This document shows positions 28,070 through 41,118 of a DNA stretch of 64,000 nucleotides, in pieces (within the stretch, counting starts at the first letter, position 1; each line of letters starts with the position of its first letter). Source of the DNA: Trichoplax sp. H2. Taxonomy: Eukaryota. The notes below the pieces were generated by a model. It searched no databases, was not told the DNA's origin, and saw only the letters and a program-made list of their open reading frames with translations. Position numbers and translations under genes: made by a program. The stretch spans positions 868,001-932,000 of the forward strand of contig NOWV01000012.1 in the NCBI GenBank assembly GCA_003344405.1. Direction: 5' to 3'.

Positions 28070-28680
28070 CACTTTATCGAGGCATTATTAGTATTAACTG
28101 GTATGATTTTACTGTATCACTGTATTGCTATTATTATTCACAGATGTTCTCTAACTTAATCGTTCGCTAATAGCTATCATATGATGTGTCATGTTATCGT
28201 CAACGATTACTATCTAGTTTAAGAATATCATTCTGTTGCTTACCACAACTCGAGCTACGATGCGATTGACTTGAATGTCAACGTAAATTGCGTAGCTATA
28301 GTACTTACAAGTACTCTTACGCTAATTTTTAAAATCTACATATCGATATTATGGATAGCTCGCTAGGCAAATTATTTCTGTTAGAATGGGCAGTGTATTT
28401 GGTAGGATACGCTACTGAGTTTATACGGTAGTTAAGTCGTAGCATCTAAATAGTAGCGTATCTGTTTTGCTATCGTTGTATTTACAGTACATGATAATAA
28501 TCTAATTGGAATATTCTCCTTCGTGGTTACTGTTTATTATTCATTTGCTGGACTGGAGTAGATTGGGACTTTTTTCGTTCCGTTCATTAATTCAATAATA
28601 TTGGGATCCGTTGCAATAGTATCCATAGTTACAATATCACAAGATCATAATATGGTACACTAACAAAATCAATATTGATC
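28070..28680 (+). pseudogene. Decayed class A GPCR resembling the 15584 receptor
   Basis: ILLYHCIAIIIHRC (TM3-like), LTLIFKIYISILWIAR* (TM5 end), YMII-LIGIFS-SWLLFII across frameshifts versus YMAILIGLFLIFWLP in the 15584 gene. Confidence 0.4.
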
Positions 28681-29560
28681 ATGCAGCAGCAGTTTCGGTC
28701 AAAGATAGATCAATTATTTTGATCTAGCTTGCTTTAAAAGTTATCTTTTTACAAAGCAGTTCTCATGGCCAATAAAAGGGAAATTATTATACTCTATATC
28801 ATTTTTACATAGTTTTGGAGATATTTAATAAAGTAGGGATTGGATTCTTACTATTACTGATGTAAACTTTCATTGACGACAGAGGTCTGTAAAGCCTGAT
28901 GAGCCTAGTGGCATCCCGTGGCGTCTTTCAAAGAATAATATCAAATCATGCTTTATGCATTAAAGTGATATTAAATGCGATCGCCTAAACAATTTTAGGT
29001 CCAGTTATTGCGTTTGATAGTACAGTTTAAGATCCTAGGCTGTGGAGGTTCGTATGCCACATAAAAGAATCTGTATCAAGTTAGTCAACTTTTTAAGAAG
29101 GGAGAACTTGGTATGCCAAGAACAAAGCACAGGTTTAAGTAGCATAATTATTCTGCATTACCCGTATTATTTCATGGGTTCATATTATTACATGATGGGG
29201 CATATAAACAGTGAAAATCTTTGTTAAACCTACTCATAATTTAGAGAGACACATATGGGTTGCTAGCATATTTTATGGTGAGCTAAAACAGCGCAGTTTT
29301 TGTATCACATTGACGGTTTGATTCCAAATTGTCAAGGCATACTAGAAATGACTACGTACCCGACCTCTAAGTATTGTAAGCTATGATAGTGCTGTAGTTG
29401 GGATTACTCCAGTACACTGTATTTTGATCACATGCGTTAACACAAACATGAAAGATAGTTACTGAATACAATATGGATGTACACTATTACTCTATTTACG
29501 TTACCATTTTTTAGATTTTCAACTGGTAGTTGAGAATGCGGTTACAGCACTACCTGATTC

Positions 29561-30006
29561 AAAGATATGAATAGTTAAATAATTCTTCTTCAGTTGTAAA
29601 TCCTCAAGGAGTCTTTGAATATCGGTAGAGAACAAATGATAGTACTACTACCGTACAGAAAGTATGTGCGCTATCTTTAACAGAATGGTCTACCGGCTGG
29701 TTAAAGATATGAATGGTCGAATAATTCTTCTTCAGTTGTAAATGCTCAAGGGGTCTTTGAATATCGGTAGAGAACAAATGATAGTACTACTACCGTACAG
29801 AAAGTATGTGCGCTATCTTCAACAGAATGGTCTACCGGCTGGTTAAAGATATGAATGGTCGAATAATTCTTCTTTAGTTGCAAATGCTCAAGGAGTCTTT
29901 GAATATCGGTAGAGAACGAATGATGGTACTTACGCTGTTACCGCGTTTATTCAAAAATCCGTCATTTTACAAAATATCTTTAACAGACTGATCTACCAGC
30001 TGGTTA
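29561..30006. repeat. 142 bp tandem repeat, about 3 copies (third degenerate)
   Basis: AAAGATATGAAT..TTCTTC starts at 29561, 29703 and 29845. Confidence 0.93.
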
Positions 30007-31032
30007 ATACAGTATTACATTTGCGTTTAGTCCAGTTGTATAGCCCGTAACAATAATTTCAACTGCTGAGCCATAAACGGCTACTTCTACTTTCATTTTC
30101 AGGTCTTTCTTGACTAGATTAACCGTTCAATTCACATTCATGCAGAATCATGCAGACTAAGACTGGTGTTGGAAGTCCCTGCTATTATTAATTATTAGTG
30201 CTATAGCACTGTAATGCATAATATACTGAACAGTATAGTAGTATTGAATATCAACTTGGACACGACCATTGGCATAGGCGCAACAATGGTGCAATATGAT
30301 CTTGTTGTCTTAAGCTTATTTCCACTGTACAAGACTGCGCTAGATAAAGATCGATCCGTATCCAGTGGACTACTGTGGTTACGCTGACGTTCCAGTGTAC
30401 AGTACCGTCAATCCATAGTAGTGTAAGTTGCAGGGAAACTTTGCAACTTTTCAATCGCTTCGATATAAATATGGTAATCCAAAAGTATCTTGTGCATAAG
30501 ATTGATACTTTCCAACGATAGAAGAAGTGTTCTACTACAGCATTTTTCTGTCAAAATGATCGTCAAGAATTTAGATTGGACGCGAACAACTACGAATATT
30601 CTTCCTGTACAGTACTGTATACTGTACACTGTACACTGTACAGGATATTTTTATGTCCGATTTTGATACCGCTTTGGTCAGTGGCCATGTGTACAGTACA
30701 GTACTGTACGTACTGTACTGTACACATGACCTCCGTGGGGTACAGTACTGTTCATGTCTAAAAATATCCATTACATAACACCCAGGTGATCTGTCTTACC
30801 ACCACTACAGAGGATGAGTCATAGTTAAACCGAGCCGAACCGCACCGTACCAATCCATCGCAGCCCTATGCATCTTATTCATGTACAAACTCAGGGGGTG
30901 ACAATTGGGTTTGTAAAGGGTGTACAGTAGAGTACTGTACCTGTAGTAATAAGCTTCTACACTACATTAAAATGTAACTCAAATGCTATGGAATGTAACG
31001 ACTCTTAACTCTTAATCAGTATTTGCTTATTA

Positions 31033-32070
31033 AGATCACTGGTCGACGCTTTTCAAAGTGACAAAATACTTTGATAAACACCCGTACAGTACACGGTGTT
31101 CCGTACTGTAGCCTACCGTACTGTACTGGACTGTACACTGTACTAGTTTTTCCTCGGGTTTTACAGTACTGTATACTGTACTGTACGATACAGTACCGAA
31201 CTATACACTGCTACTCACTGTAGACTCAGTTCATTTAGAGAACAAATTTACCGAAAGGAATCATTATTATTGACTCTATTCTATACTTAGGGTCACCAGG
31301 GTGAAATTTGATTTTGATTCCCAAGTCAACTGCATCTTCCAAGATCCTTTTTAAGGTCACTGGTTGATGCTTTTCAAAGTGACAAAATACATACTGTACT
31401 GTACAGTACTTTGATACACACTGTACTGTACACGGTGTTCCGTACTGTAGCCTACCGTACTGTACTGTAGTTTTCCCCGTTTTCTACAGTACAATGTACA
31501 GCATACTGTACACTGTACACTATCTAAAGAGAAAATCAACATTGCTGCTACAGTGTACAGTGCACGGCGTACAGTACTGTACTGTACACTGCTACTCACT
31601 GTAGACTCAGTTCATTTAGAGAACAAATTTACCGAAAGGAATCATTATTATTGACTCTATTCTATACTTAGGGTCACCAGGGTGAAATTTGATTTTGATT
31701 CCCAAGTCAACTGCATCTTCCAAGATCCATTTTAAGGTCACTGGTTGATGCTTTTCAAAGTGACAAAATACATACTGTACTGTACACTGTACTGTAGTTT
31801 TCCTCGTTTTCTACAGTACAATGTACAGCGTACTGTACACTGTACACTATCTGAAGAGAAAATCATCATTGCTGCTACAGTGTACAGTACAGTGCGCGAC
31901 GTACAATACCGAACTGTACACTGCTACTCACTGTAGACTCAGTTCATTTAGAGAACAAATTTACCGAAAGGAATCATTATTATTATTGACTCTATTCTAT
32001 ACTTAGGGTCACCAGGGTGAAATTTGATTTTTGATTCCCAAATCAACTGCATCTTCCAACATCCTTTCAA
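31033..32070. repeat. ~320-380 bp tandem repeat x3 with variable TACAG/CTGTA tracts
   Basis: Units start near 31033, 31353 and 31734, sharing CACTGCTACTCACTGTAGACTCAG..GGGTCACCAGGGTGAAATTTG..CATCTTCCAA. Confidence 0.93.
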
Positions 32071-32154
32071 TATTGGACAGTAATAACTTTCAACAAATCG
32101 ACCCATTTGCAGCTGTTACCTTGTCAGTCTACTACGTTCGTTGATAGGGTGAGG

Positions 32155-35100
32155 ATGGACGTTTTGGATAGCACTTTTGCTTCTACAATGGATTACACCA
32201 AAGGTAAGACTTTCCTGGACATGATCAATGTTCGTCTTTTACTAACATACAGTCCAGTACAGTACCCGTGTACTCTACAATAGACAGTAAACCAACTGTC
32301 CAAGCTTACGGTCGAAATGTGTCGACTTCATCAGATCAAGCGTTAACGCTTATACTGATCCAATTACGCAATGGATCCATTGGATGGTGAAGTTTAGCAA
32401 TTACGCAATGCATCCATTGGATAGTGAAGTTTAGGATATATATACAATCGCTCTAATCGACAACTGGATTAACTACACTTATTTGCCCATCAAATGGCAT
32501 TAAAATCCATAGTCAAGCAAGTCCAAACTTGAAACTGCTTTTGAAGTATTTCTGCGCGCATGCTTTTCCACCCTTAAGTACAGTAAATAGTAATACAGAA
32601 CTGTCTACCAAGCAGAGTTCATCTTTCCATGTGCATCAATAATTGTATATAGAAGTTAAACAAGTCCAAACTACTTGACAGTTTGTTGTATCAAACAGTG
32701 TTATAATAGACGCATATTGAATTTACCCTTACTATAAGTGCGGCTCTTATTTTGACCAAGATAACAAGGTTGAATTGGGTTGCGCGCATCTTTGCATAAT
32801 TACACGATCAAGCTGGTCAGAAATGAGACGCATAAAGGCTTCTTCCTTCCGTATAATTACATAAGTTGCAGCTACAGTAGTTCAATACGCCGATGATATC
32901 ATTCTGGCTGCATCGATGTGCGTAGAATATTGATATATCCTAGTGGCTACCTAGCCTGCGTATTGAAAAATGTATCCACCAGAAATTCAGGAGCTTAGAT
33001 TTGACATGTTCTGAACAGTGGCTGACACAGAAAGTGATTTACAATGATAACAAGGATGAACTGATGATTGTAGGTACAAACCAGCGATTGCATAATTACA
33101 GCCCTGCCAGACTTGGATAGAAAATCTCCTACACAGTGTGTAGGTGATCGTGTACCACCTACTGATACACCCTTTTAAATGAAATGATTAGCGTATGTAC
33201 TAGCCTTCACAGTCGAGTGTATTCGGTCTCTTATAATTGCTTTATATCTATCGATACAGTGCTATACTGAAATTACCTTTAGCGTAATGATGTACAAATA
33301 AAATACGACAGCTATCTTTTTTTATCTTGATGATCCATTTAGCTCAATAACGATCTAGAAAGGCGTCGCCTTGCTCAGTAACATGTGGTTAGGACTTTGC
33401 AAACTGTGTAGTAAACGCATCTTCTATACGCATATGTATATTTCAAAGATGTACGCTAGAAGGGTCCCGGGAGTAGTTATGGAAGACCAAATATGTAAAA
33501 TCATGCAGACTGAGAAATTGTATTTGTACTCGTATAACTTCTAATGCAGATTAGACCAGTTTTACACTCGACACTTCCTGATTGGTTAGGTACGCTTAAA
33601 TTGTGATACGTGGGCTTCGATATCTTGAGTATCTAATTTTTGAAATTATTCTCGGTTGAATAAACTTGTTGAAAATGGAACTAAATATTAAGCTAGATAA
33701 ATCGTAATAATGCTACAGTATATACTTATAAGTGGCTCTTCTAGTCCCAACTGTCGCTCTGGAGATCTGCTAGCAATTTTATTATCAACGTTCTCTCTTA
33801 TTTTACACTATAGAGTAACAGGGTAAATAGATTTTTAGTGGTGTATTATATCCGCCTTATCTATACCAAGCGAGTCATCATTGCTGCAGATTAGTATAAC
33901 TTTTTAGCGTGTTCCATAGACGATGTACTCTGAGCATACGTAAGCGTATAGTAAACATCGCGCAATCAAGTAACTACCTACAGTATACTGTACAAGCATA
34001 AATACAGTATTAGTATGCATTATTATTACTTTGAGGTATTTTTGGTTTCCCCTTGACATTCTTGGAATTGACAAAACTTTGGCAGTAATATTAGTTTTGA
34101 TGTTGAAACTGAGAGTTGCTTTAATCTGCATCAGGGTATATTCGATGCAAATTTACAATTAACAACAAGATCAATTTAATCATCAATAGCGTAAGAAAAA
34201 ATGATAGTTCTATTGAAGTTCGAGGCCTTAATTTCGGTTGAATTGGCAGGCAATTACCATCTGTAATGCTCTGATAAATGACTTGTGTATAGTATACTAT
34301 AGAAGTACACATAATCGGTATGATTGAATTAAGCTATAAACTGCTATGGTGTTATATCGAATTTTGTACAAGCTTTTGGTATTGTTGTAAACACTATACA
34401 GCAATATCATTGTAATAGCATCCAATTAGATAGCTAACCAATTATTCACATGGAGTTATTTTCCTCTTTCATAAGGACCTAACGATGTAAAGAATTCGAA
34501 CAATCTTGTTATTGGTGTGCTGTTAGCAATATCATCTAGTATTCTAATTGGAAGTAGTTTTATAATAAAGAAGAAAGGTTTATTAAGAGTATCAAGAGGC
34601 GGTGATTCTTCGAGCAGAGCAGGTAGGCTCATTTATTCACGTTGATGTTAGTATTTGTTTATTTAGGGAGATAATAAATATTCTATAATATGGTATTTTT
34701 AGGGAGCGGTGGTTATGGCTATTTGAAAGATTGGGTATGGTGGGCTGGTTTCATTACAAGTATGTACTTTAGCTAATGTATATCATAAACGTAAGGATAC
34801 AAAAAATATATATATCTTCTATATTATCTTACAGTGGGCACTGGAGAATTAGCGAACTTTATCGCTTATGCCTTTGCTCCAGCAAGCTTAGTAACTCCTC
34901 TTGGCGCTTTGAGCGTACTATTTGCGTAAGTATCATTAAAACGGGCATATATCATACGTTTTGCATTGATCTTATTTTTTACTGTATACAATTTTTTAGG
35001 GCTATTTTAGCATCATATCTGTTAAACGAAAATCTAAATATTTGTGGTAAAATTGGCTGCTTTGTTGCTATTCTTGGATCGACTATGATTGTTATTCACG

Positions 35101-35826
35101 CTCCTGCTGAAGCTGAAGTCGATTCATTTGAGGTTTTAACGAAAATGCTGGCGAGTCCAGGTATGTTAATTATGCTTTGATTCAAATTTCATGTCCATTA
35201 AATAGTACTATATTTTGTCGACAGGATTTATCGTATACGTCTGCATTGTTGTGCTAATGTTTGGAATCTTGGTCTTCATACTGGCTCCTCGATACGGACG
35301 AAAAAATATGATAATTTATATTGCAACTTGTTCTGTTGTTGGATCTCTAACGGTGATGGCATGCAAGGGCGTCGGCATTGGAATCAAACAGACCATTGGT
35401 GGTCAAAGCCAATTAGGAAATTGGGTGTTTTGGCTTCTTGCGCTATCAGTGGTATTTTGTATTGTGATCCAAATGAATTACTTAAACAAAGCATTGGACA
35501 TCTTCAATACCGCTGTAGTTAGTCCTGTGTACTATGTTCTATTTACTACTTGTACTATCGTTGCATCAGCTATTTTGTTTAAGGAATGGGCAAGTTTAGG
35601 GGCTAAAGATGCAGTCGGTTCTGTTTGTGGTTTCTTAACTATCATTGTTGGTGTGTTTCTACTCCATGCTTTTAAGGATCTTAAACTCTCTTACAAACAT
35701 TTACCTAGTGCTATAAAAAAGGACGATCGTAGACTTCCGAACGGTGAAGGTGAAAAAATGATTGACGACTGGGATGGTAATTTAATATCTAATTCTAATA
35801 GTGGTGATGGCGATGCGGAATTTTAA
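32155..35826 (+). CDS. NIPA2: NIPA family magnesium transporter (NIPA2-like)
   Basis: Exons 34476-34622 ([22 protein letters not shown]), ~34703-34759 ([14 protein letters not shown]), ~34835-34925 ([25 protein letters not shown]), ~35000-35160, 35225-35826 ([14 protein letters not shown]). First exon 32155-32203 ([16 protein letters not shown]) is phase-compatible with a GTAAG donor but less certain. Confidence 0.93.
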
Positions 35827-37555
35827 TGTTTAATAATGGTATGGTAAAGGCTAATGATCGTAAAATGTTGTATATAACCGCTGCCTGAGACCTGTAAAGA
35901 GATTAATGGTATAATACAACATTCCCGTTATTTTATCATATTGCATTTATGTTGTCGTGATTTTAGTACTGATCAAAGATCACCAAATTAATTAGGTTTA
36001 TTATCAATATATTACCGCTTAGGTCTTGGCGTTATTGTCGTGACACTAATTCTTATTTCATTACTGGCGATTTCTATATTATTCCATGTTCTGTTACTGT
36101 ATTACAATCTAGGAGTTAGTGGTACACTTTTCTTCATCTGTTCTGCTTTGTATTACTGCATTATGTTGGTTCCTTATATATATATATATGATTTTCGTCC
36201 TGATAACAAAGTGTAGTCTTGTCAGGTACGCTAGAGTCATCTACAAGATTTTCTTTTTATTTCATCATACATACATACCAGATACTTCTCATATATACCG
36301 TAACTATTGCGTTTAATTAACTTAAAATCTGATTACTATAAATGTTGTACCATTTCCGTTGTATGAAAATCCTTTCGTAATTTTATTTTATTTCCAAGAC
36401 GTAGGGGTATTGTAGATTCTTATCGATAGTAATATACAATTTTTATTTGCGATTTGAAGAAAGAATTGTATTGTTTTATAATGTCTAGATCTATCTGTCC
36501 TTAGAACATTTTCAGCATATTAAGTTTTATTTATAAATCTTTAGCGTTCACTTAAGATGAGATTGAGTCATTTTTTGCAATTGGGCTACAGAATATCTGT
36601 GCTGCTTGTCCAATAGTAACGTCATATATGGATTAAGATGTTGCTATTACCTTATCGGAATAATAAATACAGTCCGCGTGTCCGCTTAGAAAGAAAATTG
36701 CAAAGTATGATGCAATTTGTACTATAGAGTATGTCGATGGGTGAAATGATTGCATGATTGATTTATATTAGAAGATAGCTACCTTGGATTTGTAAAATAT
36801 TCTGGATATTTACACGTATATGAGAAGATTGATTTAAGTAAAGTAGACTGCTAATTACGTGTATTATGGAGATCAAATTGATTCTCAGATAGGCTGCTGT
36901 TTAGTGATCGTTTGGTATGATGCTTCAGAACTGCGTAAAATACGGTAGTGGATTACAGTACCACCTCCATTTACTGTACTGGACGCATATTTGATGACTA
37001 ATATAAATCTTAAAATGCGTTTTAGTAGTTTGTGTGAATTAATTAATTTTAAAGAGTTGGGTTTGAGCTGCCGTAAAGTAAATAAATGACTAATTACCGC
37101 TGTTGACTATCAATTTATCATCAACGGAGTTGATTGCTTTTATACTTTGCAGTGGATGACAATACCCTAACGTTTGGATTAGTTTGGATCGATTGAAACT
37201 TTTATCTTTTAACATGGTTATCCACCGTACAATACAGACACGCTGATCTTTCGTTTTTATCCAGGCGTGGCATTTATTTTACGTCAGGTTGGATGACTAT
37301 CAAGTTTAATGGATTACTGTGTGTAGTTGATTAATTGGAAATTGTAATCCGTCAATCGATCACTTCTGAACCAGGCTTTGCCTCTGCAGATTCTATACAG
37401 TATATATATTATTAACGTCTTACATTACTGGATTTGCGGCAGCAGCAGGTTAATCACGCTAGACAAGTTTTACGTTGAATACATAACAGACTTGGCGTAC
37501 GAAGCGTGGATGAAAAATAATAAAAACGACAGAATTTGATTTTGTTTCACCGTCG

Positions 37556-38010
37556 TTATATGCTTGATGTCGATGCTGAAGGAACTAACTTGGTCATGGA
37601 TTGCTAATACAGTATAAGCGTATCAAATATACTTGCAGTAGAAATTGTGGAACAGTAGACATAGGCACTGACATTAGTGCAATGTAAAGGAAGAGATTGT
37701 TCGAGTTTATATACTTGATGTCGATGCTGAAGGAACTAACTTGGTCATGGATTGCTAATACAGTATAAGCGTATCAAATATACTTGCAGTAGAAATTGTA
37801 GAACAGAAGACATAGGCACTGACATTAGTGCAATGTAAAGGAAGAGATTGTTCGAGTTTATATACTTGATGTCGATGCTGAAGGAACTAACTTGGTCATG
37901 GATTGCTAATACAGTATAAGCGTATTAAATAGACGTATAGTAGAAATTGTAGAACAGTAGACATAGGCACTGACATTAGTGCAATGTAAAGGAAGAGATT
38001 GTGCGAGTTT
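37556..38010. repeat. 151 bp tandem repeat x3
   Basis: CTTGATGTCGATGCTGAAGG at 37563, 37714 and 37865. Confidence 0.95.
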
Positions 38011-38044
38011 TAGGGGCGGCGTGAATGTGTGCTGTAAACAATGC

Positions 38045-39110
38045 AGTAGCGAAACAACAACTGACTACCGTCTCCTTTTCCACTGTACCATACTGCTGCA
38101 AGTTAGACCTGAGAAAGGTTTGGTTCAATCAATAACTTTTAGATTACCGACAACAGCGAAACAACAAGAGACTACTGGCTCCTTTTCTGCTACCATACTG
38201 CTGTAAGTCCATAGCACAGATTACTGACAACAGCGAAACAACAACTGGCTCCTTTTCCATTGTACAATACTGCTGTTAATTTATAGCGTAGATTACCGGC
38301 AACATCGGAACAACAGCTGACTCATGTGTACAATATTGCTGTAGTAAGTCCATCGCACAGCGAAACAACAACTGACTACAGGCTCCATTTCTGTTACTAT
38401 ACTGCTGTAAATCCATAGCATCGATTACCGACAAGAGGGAAACAACTGATTACTGGTTCCTTTGTACAATATTGCTGTAAGTGCCTCGCACAGCGAAACA
38501 ACAACTGACTACAGGCTCCATTTCTGTTACTATACTGCTGTAAATCCATAGCATCGATTACCGACAAGAGGGAAACAACTGACTACTGGCTCCATTTCTG
38601 TTACTATACTGCTGTAAGTCCATAGCATCGATTACCGACTACAGGGAAACAACTGATTACTGGCTCCTTTGTACAATATTGCTGTAAGTGCCTCGCACAG
38701 CGAAACCACAACTGACTACTGGCTCCATTTCTGTTACTATACTGCTGTAAATCCATAGCATGGATTACCGACTACAGGGAAACAACTGACTACTGGTTCC
38801 TTTGTACAATATTGCTGTAAGTCCATAGCATGGATTACCGACTACAGCGAAACAACTGATTACTGGCTCCTTTGTACAATATTGCTGTAAGTGCCTCGCA
38901 CAGCGAAACAACAACTGACTACTGGCTCCATTTCTGTTACTATACTGATGTAAATCCATAGCATCGATTACCGACTACAGGGAAACAACTGATTACTGGC
39001 TCCTTTGTACAATATTGCTGTAAGTAAGTGCATCCCACAGCGAAATAACAACCGACTACTGGCTCCATTGCAGAATATTGCTGTAAATCCATAGCATCGA
39101 TTTTGACCGA
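38045..39110. repeat. Minisatellite of two related ~55-75 bp monomer types
   Basis: Type A CAGCGAAACAACAACTGACTAC.GGCTCCATTTCTGTTACTATACTGCTGTAAATCCATAGCATCGATTACCGA and type B GGGAAACAACTGATTACTGGCTCCTTTGTACAATATTGCTGTAAGTGCCTCGCA mostly alternate. Confidence 0.93.
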
Positions 39111-41118
39111 CTTGGAAAGCCGTCAACGGTAACGTACTGTTAGTGTACAGTAATGATCATGATGAGGGACACCTAGCGCTGCAGGATAATTTATTGTACT
39201 AGAACTTTGGTAATCATACGTTTACTGTCACGCAATTCATCATCTACACATCCCTGATATAGTTAGTCTTCCATTCTGCATGATAGCAAATAGAATTGGA
39301 AGAGTCTTGGGGCACAAAAATGGAGGCATTACCGGCTGCTAGATGGCAAACACACTGACTGTCGGTAATGATGGTCACAGGGCGGTAGACAGTCCATACA
39401 GTACAGTGTAGAGTGTACAGTGTAGAGTAGGTTTGTATTCGGTACCGGTAGTGTTGACACTCAGTGAACACTACCGGTAGGGGGAGTAGGGCGTCGCGGT
39501 CGAGTAGACGGATACACCGATACTGTGCACAGACACGAGTAGAGTCTCTAGTCACTGCATAGTAAAAGTTCAAGTCTGACCTAGCACACAGTCACACGTT
39601 CTCGATCCTTATGCCACGTGCTGACAACTTGTGCTGCTAAGTGGGTTGATGGCGGTTGAGTAGAAGGATCTCCATCAAGATGGACTTAAATCGATCATCA
39701 ATATTGTTGTAAAGCGATATTCTACATATATTATTGGCTTTCAACCAGCATCTGTCGGCGATTTTTCAAGTCTTGTTTGAAGTTGATGAAGGACAGCACT
39801 GTGCTATTATGAGAACTGTTGGCTGATCAGACACCAACGATCGAAAATACAACTCTACCACATTTCAAGCTTGGATGCATCAGCATTGAGCAGCTACTGG
39901 ATGCTTGATCTTCCACATTGATGGTCTTCTAGACACACGTTATTGCTGCATGCAAAAGATACTTCAGGATATCGACAAGAAATAGTTTCCATCCTGTAGA
40001 ATGACCAATTGATTACTGTTGTGTTTTATTTTCGACCTCGTTGTTCTTTCAAGTCCAATCTGTCTTTTACGACTCCAATCCCAATCTCTCCTTGCATTTC
40101 TATTTCATCTCCGATCTACAATCATCCTTGATTGTGGCGCTGGGTCATACTGTCGTCTTTTACTGTCGCTGTCGTATCCATTAAGTTGGCTGCACGGAAA
40201 TTCACCTTTCCTACAAAGAATCATCTTGCTAGCTGGCTAGCAACACGTGTACTGCTGTCAACTTGAGTGCAACACACGAGACATTCTGTGCTATGCCATT
40301 TTCTGAAATGTAAATTGATGACTACATTGCAATACTCGTATGTCATATCTATATACAGTACGTCAAACAGATCCGCAACATTTTTTTCCTACAACTAGTG
40401 TATCTATACTGTATACTGTAAACACTTGGCTAACGCCAAGTCGATTTCAAAGCTATTTGAAACGCTTAGGCCAGGACACGATAATGTCCTAATATTCTAG
40501 TCCCTGAGAGAAAATTCATATTGACCAACACCATAATTGGTCATTTAATATTACTATCTTCCTTCAAAACATGCTAAATTTATGCATGACTTTATGTTGA
40601 AGAAATTGGGCCAGACTCTTCATAATCTCTTCATAATCCAAAGGGAACTCCGCCTACACTTTGCTCAGCGAGTTGTTATCGAATTCAAATCACTGCAATT
40701 AAAGCGTTCAATTGACTCACATCTTGTAATACACTGTGTATTCTCCAACAGTAAAGAAATCCTATCAAGATTTTTGACTTATCAAGTCATCATCAAATTG
40801 CAATCAAGAACTTTATTAACGAAAAAATACTGTACATCAATACGGTAAAATTGAATCATTTTTAAAGTACTAAATCGACTCTTGAGAAGGGAACTAAAAT
40901 ATATGGTCAGGCTATTGGAAGGGACTTTTGAAAAAGCAGGAGAATTTTGAACATTACAATATTACAGCCTTAACAATCTAAGGCGTGCTGATGAAGTTAG
41001 TAGATAAGTAATTGTATTAACAGTGATTGAACTTATTTGCTACCAATAATAATTTGGGGATATTTTACGCAATAATCTTCAAGACTGCAAGTGTTGACTG
41101 ATTCTTCTTTCCATCAGA

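Noticed and set aside
39615-40249. Two CACGTG E-boxes upstream of the Myc-like gene (autoregulation)
   Set aside because: The hexamer also occurs near 510, 10750, 44889, 45473 and 53878; not clearly above chance.
40898-40915. NIWSGY resembling Myc box II (DCMWSGF)
   Set aside because: Immediately preceded by an in-frame stop; too short to support.
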